Source of the DNA: Macrostomum lignano | Lineage: Eukaryota | DNA length: 64,000 nt | Assembly: GCA_002269645.1 (NCBI GenBank) | Contig: NIVC01001967.1 | Location: 1 to 64,000 of the forward strand | Direction: 5' to 3' | Shown: positions 32,888-44,500 of the stretch, piece by piece | How the letters are laid out: every line of letters begins with the position of its first letter | How positions within the stretch are numbered: the stretch's first letter is position 1 | Notes under the pieces: model-generated | Seen by the model: only the letters and a program-made list of their open reading frames with translations | Told to the model about the DNA's origin: nothing | The model's database searches: none | Position numbers and translations under genes: made by a program

Positions 32888-33940
32888 GGCTTAGTAGCCA
32901 ACCTTGCAGCTTTTTTGCGTTTTTCTATCTAAATTTCTTTTCTAAGTTAGCATTCTCATCCTGTTTGAGGCTCTCAAATCCAGTGAGTGCGCAAAGCGAG
33001 CAAGAGAGGGAAGGTGTGGCGCCCTTCTTTATCTTGCTGAAAGCAGAGCGTTCGATGTTTGTGTACATCGAGTTTAAATAATTATTGTTGTTCATTTTAA
33101 ATATGCTTATAAGGCCGCGCAAACCCCAGAGGAACTGGAATTTTTAATGCCAAATTAATTTTAGGTGACACTGCGCAGAATAACTACTGAAAACAGAGTC
33201 GAAGTTCTACATTTTCACAACTTTTAGTTTGTGCTCTAGATAATAAATCTAGTATCTGACCTATGCTTATCTACCTGAAAATCTATATTCATTCTTGGAT
33301 ATCTTTCCTTAAAATTGAATATTTCTTGTTCTCGTAGGGCCGGGGCTAATGTAATACATAAATATCTATTAATTTTGCTGTAAGTAATTCTTTTAAGCTT
33401 AGCTATTGTATTTTATCCAGCTGATTATATATTATTCAGTTTTATCTTAACGAAGCACAAGTGCTTTCATTGTTGTATGCCCCGGATCTCTGGCTGCATG
33501 CAGCTGCCAAAATAATTACCCGTCTGTAAATTCACCCCTCTCCCATTGTGCATTTCCTGCGACTTTCTGTCTCCTCAATTTATTCCTGTTATTTCTCGCG
33601 GTCAAACGCTCGTTTTCTAAAGGACGATATATTCGTTTAATATTAACGAAAATAAAATACTGCACATGGTTATTTATATATTTTGCCATTTTACACGCTG
33701 CTATAAATCCTGTCCTGATGGTGAAAAATGTTTTGGCGTTTTTAACTTTTAATAAGAAAAAACAATTTTTAAAACAAAGCACATAATTTCAACTGGAATA
33801 GTTAATTATTATATTAACAACAAACGTCACCATTGTGCTGCAGTCTTTAAATTGGTATATTTAGAAAGAATTAATTACAAGCATTGTATTATTAAAAAGG
33901 TTACAGTAGCACCACCATATTAGAAAATGCAGTTACCGCG

Positions 33941-36257
33941 TTAAACAATTAGCTCTCCCTGGGTGTACTGCTTAAGCAGTACGGCCGGTCGAATGCCTGT
34001 GGCGTGGTGCATAGCGTACAGAGTGCGCAGCACGCGGAACGACCTGGCGTCTCTATAGGGAGTCTGCGTTAGCGGGTCAAAGTAGCGAGCGGGCTGGTTG
34101 CTGATGGGACAGAACGGATTCCGCATTGGCGGCCGGCGGTTCAGAGACAGGCCGGCAGCCAGCGTCTCCTGGTGCGTGAAGGACACGAAGTTTCTGGTGC
34201 ACCTACGGTTTGGTGCATTGTCAGGCTCTAGTACCAGGGTTGGCTTCGGAGCGGTGTCTCCCGTGTCTGTGTTCACCTCAGTGACCTGCGAGGGATTAAA
34301 TAAAGCTGATGGTTAAGCTTTACAACTTAAATGGAGGTCGGAGTGCACAAAAACAAAGCTCAAATAAACACCTGATAGCCCAAATAGTTTTTAACAAGCC
34401 ATAAAGGACCATCGCTAACGTTAACTTCTGCATTAAAAAATCAAGGATCTGTTGTTTTAAAACAGTATTCTGCAGTTCGAGCTGTTGTTTCAGTTATCTT
34501 AGAGACTTAGACAATGATCCACAAAATGCGTGATCTCTACAAGTGTTCCAACCAAGTTTGTCAAGACAGACGTTATTGAAATCTACCTTAACCTAGCAAG
34601 ACGGAAGCTGTCAAAATACCCACGAACATACTCCTACTATACCGCTTTTGAGCGCCCATTATTTCACACTTCTAAAATTGATTTGATTGGACGAGAGATG
34701 GGGGGACGGGGTGGGTGAACTGATCGGTCACTTGGGCAGTGAGTATGATGTACATTGGTGTACATCAGCGAGGGACAGTTGAACCGACAATCAGATAAGA
34801 TAATAGGCGAGCCTATAACTTAGTCATAAAATTAATAAAAGCTTAATAATTTTAATAATAAGCTTAAAGCTTAAGCTTAATAAAATCACAGCAGTATGCC
34901 TGCTGCTATCGATTGGAAAAATCTGCCGGTGGAAAAGAAGTGTGCCTCTGACTAACCACATGGTAATAGTGACAGGGAGCAGATGCAAAAGTTTACCTTC
35001 GGGAGTCATCTGGTATTCATGATTTTTCTCTCATGAAATTAGAGAACTTTACATTCTTAACTCACGCATACTCACCTCAACTGGCACAACATCCTCGTCG
35101 AGCAGCCGGGTAGTATAAGAGTCAAATCGAACAGTTGGGCCCCTAGCAACCGGTTGCCTGGACCGGGCCTTCTTTTTCTCCACCTCGAGCCGTTGGTAGC
35201 GCGCCAGCGAGCGCAAGTTGACCTGCTCAGTCAGCTGCGCCTCTGCCAGCAGCTCCTCCTGTGTCAGGCGGCGCACAGCGTTGGCCGCATTCGAAGCGGC
35301 AGATCTTCGCCTGCCCGGGCCTTGGCCGGCCGTAGACGACGTCGACTGGCGAGGCCGTCGGCCAGCCGTGGCAGCGGCGGCGGTGGCGGCGACGGATGCC
35401 ACGGCGGCGGCGCGGGCCTCGCGAGACCGACGTTCACGAGCGGCGGTGGCTGTCAGTTTCAGCCCAGCAGCAGCGGCGGCAGCTCCTCGACGGGTGGCTC
35501 GCGTTGAGTTCGCGTCTGACGAAGCAGCGGCGGCGGCGGCGTTGGCTGCTGCCGATTTGCGGCCGCGCTTCGCCGGCGGCGGCCCGGCAGCAGCAGCCGG
35601 CCGGACCGGCTCCTTGTAGGCCTTCGTCACCAGCCGGCGTCGCTGACCGCCGCGCCGACGCGTCGACTCCTCGTCATCGTCGCCGTCGCTGCCTTCGTCG
35701 TCATCGCCTTCCCCGCCGCCGCCGCCGCCGCCAGCTCCGCCCTCGCCGATGTCGAAGTCGGAGTCAACCTGGTCGGACTCAGAGCTCTCCTCCTCGTAGT
35801 CGGCGTCGCTGGCAGTCTCGGCGAAGCCGCCATAAACAGTTTCGTAGAAATCGTCGCCACCCCCGCCGCTGCTGCCACCTCCGGCTTCGTCGCCATGCGG
35901 AGTGGCACGACGCAGTTGCTGGTGCACGCTGGCCCCGCCGCCGTCCAGCTCGTTCAACAGGCGAGCCATCCGGCTGCCCGCTTTGGCCCGGCGTTCTCGG
36001 GTTGCGGCCAGCGTCGGCGGGGGAGTCGCCGCCCCGTCGCTGTCAGAGTCGTCGTCGTCGCCACCGCTGTTGTCGCTGTCCTCATCGGCCTCTCCCGATT
36101 CCTCATCTGCTTCTGCTTTGCTGTCATCGCTGTCACCAGAGTTGGCATTGGCCGAGCCGGGCTCGTCACCTTCCTGCTGATCTTCGCTGGGCACTGGGGA
36201 CTCAGCTGCATCGGCCTCACCAATATCAGCTCCCGGTTTGCTTTGATTTCGCGGCAT
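33941..36257 (-). CDS. VPS72: Vacuolar protein sorting 72 / YL-1 (H2A.Z chaperone), 2 exons
   Basis: Exons 36257-35076 and 34285-33941. Motifs RERRAKAGSRMARLL, DDFYETVYGGF, DQVDSDFD, LTQEELLAEAQLTEQVNLRSL and YL1-C CPISNQPARYFDPLTQTPY. Confidence 0.95.
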
Positions 36258-36592
36258 TGTTGCGTTCTTATGCAAATATCTGAAAACGAATAAGAAATAC
36301 ACCGATTAATACTACTGTTATGACACAACCGAAAGTAGGCAAGTTGAGAGTTTCGTTTCTCAAATTTAAATATAGAAAATAAAAAAAATAAATGCAACCC
36401 CGCTTTCCAGATACCAACAGAATTTGCGAACAGTAGTGCATATTGTACTTTTTACCATAAACCTTGCGCAGTGTAGGTTCAAGATTTCACACAATCAAAT
36501 GCATGCGACTTGCTAAAATTGTCCATTGAAATAGAAAAAGTTTACAGAATTTAAAAAAGGGAAGGATGAATTAGTGATTAATTAGTGATTTT

Positions 36593-38347
36593 TCAGAGGC
36601 CGCCATTCTTAGCTAGCCAATCCTGTATAAGAGCAATGTTAGCCTCCAGATCGTCGGGTCCATTGCTCTGCAGCTCGTGCACAATCTCAGGCTTGTAGGA
36701 CTCGCGAGCTTCCTCTAGGAGTGTCTGCAATGGTGTTGAAGTTGAAGTTGGGCAAGCAAATATCCACAAGCAAAGTCCGATGAAAACGGTACCTAAGGTC
36801 TGAAAGAGTCACTGAGTCACTTGCGTTGTCCCAGAGTCGTCGCAGGTAACACAGGTAAAATAGGAAGCAAGTGATCCTAGACGACTCAAAAATGACGTGA
36901 CGTCACGCCCGTATAAAACGAAACGGTCACAAAGTACGGTAACATTGATCGGTAACATGTGACCCTGAACAAAACGGTCACAAAATACGGTAACAGTGAA
37001 CGGTAACATAGTTACCCTTAACAAAACGGTCACCAAGTACGGTAACATTGATCGGTAACATGTGACCCTGAACAAAACGGTCACAAAATACGGTAACTAT
37101 GAACAGTAACCTTGTTACCCAGAACTAAACAGTCACAAATACGGTAAAAAATGGTAACTGGTGACCGTAACGGTAAAAAAACACGGTAACAGCCCTCTTT
37201 TTGTGACCGTTTCGTTTTATACGGGACGACACAATTCGCCACAAGTCGTTAAAGAGTCGTATAAGAGTTCATTTGAGGCGTTTTTTTCTGCAACTCTGAA
37301 ACGACTTTGGGGATGTAGAGTCGTGTGGCGACTTTCCTAGTGTTTTCTTTAGCTCATCTGCATTCGTCTCTGTTTACTCTGTTTTCTTTGATTTTGGCCT
37401 GACGAAGAGCCAGAAGCTCGAAACCGGTAGCCTATTTTCTAAAAAATATTTTAACACGCCGTGACCTCTCTTCTCTCTTTGTCTATCTCTCTGTCCAGTT
37501 CATTCTTATTATTTTTTACTTTCTCTCCCTCGCCGCCTTCTGATAGGCTCTTAAATTTGGCCTGTTTACAACTCTTATTTAGCATTCGTAGTCTATCTTA
37601 ACTTTCTCTGAAAGTCGTAACTGAGACATGCCAGTCGCTGTAGAATCACTGAGTTGCGTCTAAAGCGCATCTGCATCACTTTATGAATTAGAATTGCATC
37701 CCGCATTTTTGACAGCTCTATTTAGCTTTCTTAAGATTCTGCAACTCAACTGATGCGCTCGTGACTCAAAACCTCTTAGTCACATTACAGTCGTTTGAAT
37801 TGTTAAAAAAGTCACAAGAGTCACCCAAGTGACCCTGCTATGACTCTAGCGATTCTGGTCACGGTAACATTTTCAACGGGAAGACTCAACAAGCAAGACA
37901 CGAATCGCCAATCGTACACCAACCTATTTAACAAAAAACTTTAATAATAACAACTCTAACCTGGAAAATCTCGCACTGCACATTCTGCTGCACCTTCGCC
38001 TCGGCATAGTTCCTCGCCTTCAGTCGCTGATAGAGCAGCGAGTTCTCTGTCCGCAGTACAAACACAGCCTGGAACCAGCGCTCGGGGAACAGCTCGGCGC
38101 TGTGATAATCAACAAGGCAGCCACCGTCAGCTAGTCGCTCTTCCAGGTCGTCTAGCAGCCGGTCCTCGTCTAGAAAGTGGCACTGCGTGGCCTCATCCCA
38201 GCCGTCGAAGTAATCATTAGCCTTGGCCACTTCGCCAACGCATACGTGCGTGACACTGGGCAGCCGGTTAGCCAGCTCCTGGCACAGGGTGGATTTACCT
38301 GTGCCAGGTGTGCCGGTGACCAGAATATTGGGCCGTTTTCCGCTCAT
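36593..38347 (-). CDS. AK6: Adenylate kinase 6 (hCINAP/Fap7 family), 2 exons
   Basis: Exons 38347-37961 and 36724-36593. Motifs ILVTGTPGTGKST, VDYHSAELFPERWF and NVQCEIFQ|TLLEEARESY. Confidence 0.96.
36776..37880. mobile_element. CCC...GGG non-autonomous DNA transposon (GAGTC-rich), AK6 intron
   Basis: Ends tccgatgaaaa / ttttcaacggg, AAG duplicated on both flanks, homologous to 38430-38900 and 41972-42484. Confidence 0.7.
36908..37225. mobile_element. 318-bp MITE nested in the previous element
   Basis: Perfect 26-bp TIR cccgtataaaacgaaacggtcacaaa, ACG duplicated on both sides, internal acggtaac subrepeats. Confidence 0.8.
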
Positions 38348-38429
38348 AGTTTACCTGCGACGATGTTTAAAGAGTTAACAATAATAATTCAAATTCTATA
38401 GGTTTTTCTTGTAAGGATTTGAACTGTGA

Positions 38430-38920
38430 AAACGGCATCTCAGGCCAAGAAGCGTCCCAGTCACCTGCATCGCCCCAGGGTCGTTTGAGATTCGTTGCAG
38501 CTAACACAGGTAAAATAGGAAATAGGTAACTCTAGACGACTTTAAAACAACGAGATGTCACGGTACAAGTAGTCATTAAATTCGTCAAAGAGTCGCCTAA
38601 GAGTCAATTTGAAGCGATTGTACTGTCTGCGACTTTAGAGCGATTCAGAGTTGCGTTGCATCTAAAGCCCATTCTGCGTCACTTAATGAATTAGAATCGC
38701 ACTTGGTATCTCTAGCAACTCTATTTAGTCTACGTGAGTTACTAGAAAGTTAGGCACGTTAACATGACTCCTGGACGAGATTCTACAACTTGCATGATGC
38801 GCTCGTGCACAACAGTCGCCTCTCTGTCGCATTGCAGTCGTTTGAGTCGTTAAAAAGTCACAAGAGTCGCTTGGAGAGTCGCTAGAGTCACTAGTGGGTT
38901 GTTAGCAATGATGTTTTTAA
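38430..38920. mobile_element. Diverged copy of the GAGTC-rich DNA transposon
   Basis: Shares gaaaacgg...ggccaagaagcg...acacaggtaaaatagga...gagtcg blocks with the other copies; ends unclear. Confidence 0.55.
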
Positions 38921-38987
38921 CATGACAGTGCTTTAGGCACAAACCAAAAACACTCGGCCCCTAAACAAGTAATATTCGACAACACAA

Positions 38988-39392
38988 TTACCTGCTAACA
39001 GCCACAACCTGATCGTTGATCTCGTCAAGCACAGCCAAGTCGCTACCAATAGCCTCAGTCTGCAGTGCCAAATTAGATGTCACCAGGGCCACTCTGTTCA
39101 GCGTAGCAGAGGTTTGCAGCACTGTAGTCTCTAACGCCGCTGTACTTTTAGCGCTCTGCAACAGAAGTTCGGAGGAACGCGAGTTCTTTAACAAACTGCG
39201 CGTCAAGGAGTTCAACTCCTCTAGAAATGTCTGCGTTCGTTGGCAAAGCCGATCTTTTGCTTCGCGATTGAATGTGTCGCTGGGTTTGGATTGTTGCTGC
39301 TGCTTTTGTTGTTGTTTCTGGTTGCTAGGCGACGACTGCTGGGCAGTTGATGAGCCCGACATGCATGCAACATTGTTGCCAGTGTCAAACAT
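38988..39392 (-). CDS. BORCS7: BLOC-1-related complex subunit 7
   Basis: Single-exon coiled-coil ORF with LLKNSRSSELLLQSAK, matching the BORCS7 KGSRSSELLGQAA-type motif. The start may be the ATG at 39362. Confidence 0.8.
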   Translation of the reverse strand: MFDTGNNVACMSGSSTAQQSSPSNQKQQQKQQQQSKPSDTFNREAKDRLCQRTQTFLEELNSLTRSLLKNSRSSELLLQSAKSTAALETTVLQTSATLNRVALVTSNLALQTEAIGSDLAVLDEINDQVVAVSR

Positions 39393-39465
39393 TTCAGCTG
39401 CTTGTGTTCAATTGAGGTTAATCAAAGTGATGCTTTAAAATGCTTGATTTGGGATATCTAAGCTG

Positions 39466-40130
39466 ATTGACCTGGGAGAGTGGAGATCCCAGCTGAACTG
39501 ATCTGAGAGATCCTAGCTAAACTGATTTGGGAGAGTGGAGATCCCAGCTGACTGACCTGGGAGAGTGGAGATCCCAGCTGACTGATCTGGGAGAGTGGAG
39601 ATCCCAGCTGACTGACCTAGGAGAGTGGAGATCCCAGCTGACTGATCTGGGAGAGTGGAGATCCCAGCTGACTGATCTGGGAGAGTGGAGATCCCAGCTG
39701 ACTGATCTGAGAGAGTGGAGATCCCAGCTGACTGATCTGGGAGAGTGGAGATCCCAGCTGACTGACCTAGGAGAGTGGAGATCCCAGCTGACTGATCTGG
39801 GAGAGTGGAGATCCCAGCTGACTGACCTAGGAGAGTGGAGATCCCAGCTGACTGATCTGAGAGAGTGGAGACCCCAGCTGACTGACCTGGGAGATTGGAG
39901 ATCCCAGCTGACTGATCTAGGAGAGTGGAGATCCCAGCTGACTGATCTAGGAGATTGGAGATCCCAGCTGACTGACATAGGAGAGTGGAGATCCCAGCTG
40001 ACTGATCTAGGAGATTGGAGATCCCAGCTGACTGACATAGGAGAGTGGAGATCCCAGCTGACTGATCTAGGAGATTGGAGATCCCAGCTGACTGACATAG
40101 GAGAGTGAAGATCCCAGCTGACTGACCTGA
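39466..40130. repeat. 30-bp minisatellite (ggagagtggagatcccagctgactgatctg)
   Basis: About 22 tandem units. Confidence 0.97.
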
Positions 40131-41541
40131 ATGAATTCAGTTCATCTGAATAAACTGAATGAAAAAAACACTTGCCCAATAAAACAAAAGTGTACACAAA
40201 CTCAGGAATGTCTAGTATATTTAGTATTTAAATATTAAAGCAAACGCATTTTAATTTAAATTTAGCTAACTTAGACGCGACTTGCGCAAAAAATACAATT
40301 AATTAATACACATTAATTGTCTGTGATGTAAGGAATGTCGTTTATGAAAAAACTAATACGCACATCTACTGGCTGCTCATAACATTTTGGAAGGACGGAA
40401 TATTTGAACTTGCTTAGGGAAATTTCGTCAAATAAAATTGTGCTATAATGAAGAATAATTTTACACAGCCAATTAATTTTACTGACGATTATGAAATGAG
40501 CTGATGTTTTATTTTATAGCTTGTGGATCACACTTGTGGACCTGAGAATCTACTGTAAACTTCAGCATAGTAATCGTATAAACTTACAGAAGTATTTTAT
40601 AAACTTTGTGACACTTCTTTAGGTATCTTCTGGAAGAACTGCACTTTATTATGGAAGTACTACTTGTACTAAACCAGTACTTCAGAGAACCTTTCATAAA
40701 AGTACACTGTGTACTTTAAAAAAGTACACTGTGTACTGTATAAAAGCACATTATGTACTTTAAAAAATACAGGGTGTACTTTTTGAAAGTACTGTATGTA
40801 CTTTAGTAAAGCACTATATGTAATTTATTGAAAAACCGCAAGTACATCATAGAACTTCATACCATAGGAGTGCTGTATATACTTTAAAAAGTATAGTTTG
40901 TTAAAAGTACTCATTACCTAGTCAAATTACACGCAAATGTGGTGATGTACACAGGCAATTTCACAGCGCAGCTGGAGAGTTGATATACAAGTAACTACAC
41001 AAAAGTTCAATAAAAAAGAGAAAATTCTGAGTCAATTTTGTATCATATCAAACGATACGGAATTATAAACATCTTGCGCTCTGCGCCGTACACAGTACGG
41101 TCTTGTTTATGCAATAATTCGGTTGGCATGAATAAATCGGAAAACAAAATATTACTTATAGTACTAATAATACGCCCAATCTAAATGTGTTGAATGAGTT
41201 TGGACAGCGACCACTTTCAGATTATTCAGTTTAATGCTGTTACGTAATTTGGCTTCATTTCTAAGAATCAATCCTGATTTCTAACACATTCATTTCGGGG
41301 CCTGTGTGCAGTGTGCGCTTTATACACGTACAATAGGTTGCTGTACACCCTGCGTGAGCGCGTGTATGACTGTTCAAAGGTCAGCGGAATGGACAGGACT
41401 GCCTTCCCGCTAGCTGGTTATGAGACGATATCGCTTAGCGCCCAACAGCCCATCCGCAATTATTGCTATCACTATTAACAGACTCTGCTAAATGAGGCTT
41501 TTTATAATAACTAACTAAAAACAGATGATGATAAACTCAGG

Positions 41542-44500
41542 TCACGAATAGTGCAGCGCATACGGCTGGCTCGGCTTCAGCTCATCCTGATCCTCGAATT
41601 CGAAATCGGGAGCGCGAGGCTCGATCCTCGGCCGCGATGCCGCCACCCGACCGGACCCGACGCGCTTGGACTGCATAGCGGCACGGTCTTTCGCAGCATC
41701 GCCACCTCGTCGCGCTGGGCTAACAGGCGTTCCAGATCTGCCGACATTCGATTCTTGGCCTCAGCTAGCCGGTTCCGATCGACCGCTAGCGACTCAAGTC
41801 GGGCCTCCGCCTCAGACAGCTGCTGCCTGTACAGGATTTGAATTTGGCTGCTTTTAGTAGAAGTTATTACTACTAGTGTGTTAGGGTTAGCATAGAAACT
41901 GTGCCAGGCGTCTTCAGTTTGATAGACACTCCAGCGGATGCTGGTCGTTCGATCTTCTTTTGACTGGACTGCCCGTTGAAAGCGTTATTGTGACCAGAAG
42001 AGTCTCTAGCGACTGTTAGGCGACTCTTTTGACTTTTTAACGACTCAAACGTTAATGCTGTAACTGTAATGACTGACTGTTGAGTCACCGAGGGCATCAC
42101 TGAGTTGCAGAATCGTAAACGAACCGCTAAAAAATGTCCAAGAGTCATTCTGCTAGCGCTTAACTTTCTGCTGACTCTCAAGTAGACTAAATAGAGTTGT
42201 TATAAATGCGAAATGTGATTCAAATTCATAAACTGATGCAAATGCACTTTAGACGCAACTCAGTGATTCTACAGCGTCTCTGGCACGCCTCAGATACGAC
42301 TCTACGGCCCCAGAGTCGTAGACACTAAACGACTCGAATAGTCTCTTGGGCGACTTTTTGACAACTTTTTGGTGACTTTTACCGCGACATCTTGTTGGCT
42401 TAGAGTCGACTATACTGAAACGACTCTGGGGGGGCGCAAGTGATTCTGGGGCGCTTCTTGGCCTGGGGTACCATTTTCATTGGGCTGATCTAAGAGCTGA
42501 GCTGAGTTCCAGCTGAGTTGGTTACAGATTCGTGAGTGGTGCCTTAAAGAGTGGTACTAACCGAAGCCAATTCAGCTTAACTTGAAGTCTATCTAAGCGA
42601 ATGCGATTAATTCCCACTACTAATCTCTATGATTATTAATTAATAATCTACTTTTTTACTCTGCTAAACGAGCAAGTACAGCTTGTACTTTGATTTTTGT
42701 TTGCTCAAAATCTTTGTGTCATGGATTCAAGGTATTAGGTAATCAAAATCTCCTTTACCTAGTCTTCTCCAATTCGGCATCGCGAGCCCGAATCGAGTCA
42801 ACCAAATAGCCGTAGGGCTGCTCAGCATCCGACAGCGTGGCCTCTAGCCGTTCAAATTCGCGCTTGTATCTGGCAGCCTCGCTGCGCTGCTTCTCCAGAG
42901 CGGTGTTGAGCTCAACTGACTGCCGCTCCAGCTGCAGCACTCGCTTGGCCAGCTCTACGGATTGCCGGAGTCGCCGTCTGGCTGTAGTTGGCATGGCAAC
43001 GCCTGCGGCGATAATCTGCGGTGGATACAAACAATTTGGACAGGCTATTACTTCTATTTAGCGGAATTCCAGTGACGGTGGAATCCCAGTCACAGGGGAA
43101 TCCTAATCAAGGGGAATCCCAATCAAGGGGAATCGCAATCAAGGGGAATCCCAGTCACAGGGGAATCCTAATCAAGGGGAATCCCAATCAAGGGGAATCG
43201 CAATCAAGGGGGAATCCCAGTCACAGGGGAATCCCAGTCACAGGGGAATCCCAGTCACAGGGGAATCCCAATCAAGGGGAATCTCAGTCACAGGGGAATC
43301 CTGTCACAGGGGAATCCCAATCAAGGGGAATCCCAGTCACAGGGGAATCCCAGTCACAGGGGAATCCCAGTCACAGGGGAATCCCAGTCACAGGGGAATC
43401 CCAGACACAGTAAACAGACCCGCTCAGCATAACAAATAACTCAAACCTGGTCCGGACTGCAGCCATCATCGCCAGGCTTGCCAATCTCGGCTGCTTGCAG
43501 CACAGCCTGATCCAGCTCTCGTTCAGCCGACTCGTACGCTTCCAGACTAGCTGTCAGCTGATCTATTTTAGCCTGCTGATCCAGCTGGTGCCGCCTGGAG
43601 GCCTGCTCTAGCTTAGCGAATTCCTGCTCAGCTGATTGTAGCTTGGCTCGCAGCCGCTCCTGCTCCAGTGCAGCCTCTTCTAGCTTGGCGTTGGCTTCTT
43701 TTAGTAGCAGAGTAGCTCGATCCTGAATGTTTCGGTTGCGAGAATAACATTGTTATACTTTTAAGGTGGTCTTTTATCGCTGACGCCGCTATTTTTTCCT
43801 GAACCCCCTTCCTTTGACCTGACCAACAGGTTCAATTGCTGACTCGCCTGTTCAAACTCGCGCACTCGCAGCTCTGCTGTGAGCTCTGTAGTGCGCTTGT
43901 CGGCGGCGGCCGCTGCACGAGCCAGCTGCTCCCTGGCATCCCGGAGACGGTTTTCGGCATCGTCTAGGCGGGCCACGGCCGACTCGCGCTCCAGCACGGC
44001 CTGGTCTCGCTGTTCTCTCATTGCCTTCACCTGTGCGGAGGTAACAATTTGGAGGTTTAAAATCCACTCAAATTATTATCCCTTGTGTGTAATCTGGGAT
44101 TATTCCCAATCAGAATCTACTCATATCAGTGATCACCTGTGTGTAATCTGGGATTAATCCCAATCAGAATCTACTCATATCAGTGATCACCTGTGTGCAA
44201 TCTGGGATTAATCCCAATCAGAATCTACTCATATCAGTGATCACCTGTGTGCAAATGTTGGATTATTCACAATCAGAATCTACTCATATCAGTGATCACC
44301 TGTGTGTAATCTGGGACTAGTCCCAATCAGAATCTACTCATATCAGTGATCACCTGTGTGCAATCTGGGATTATTCACAATCAGAATCTACTCATATCAG
44401 TGATCACCTGTGTGCAATCTGGGATTATTCACAATCAGAATCTACTCATATCAGTGATCAGCTGTGTGCAATCTGGGATTAATTCCAATCAGAATCTACT

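Noticed and set aside
32925-33122. Small minus-strand ORF as an extra VPS72 exon or separate gene
   Set aside because: No usable splice donor from VPS72 exon 2 and no recognisable motif.
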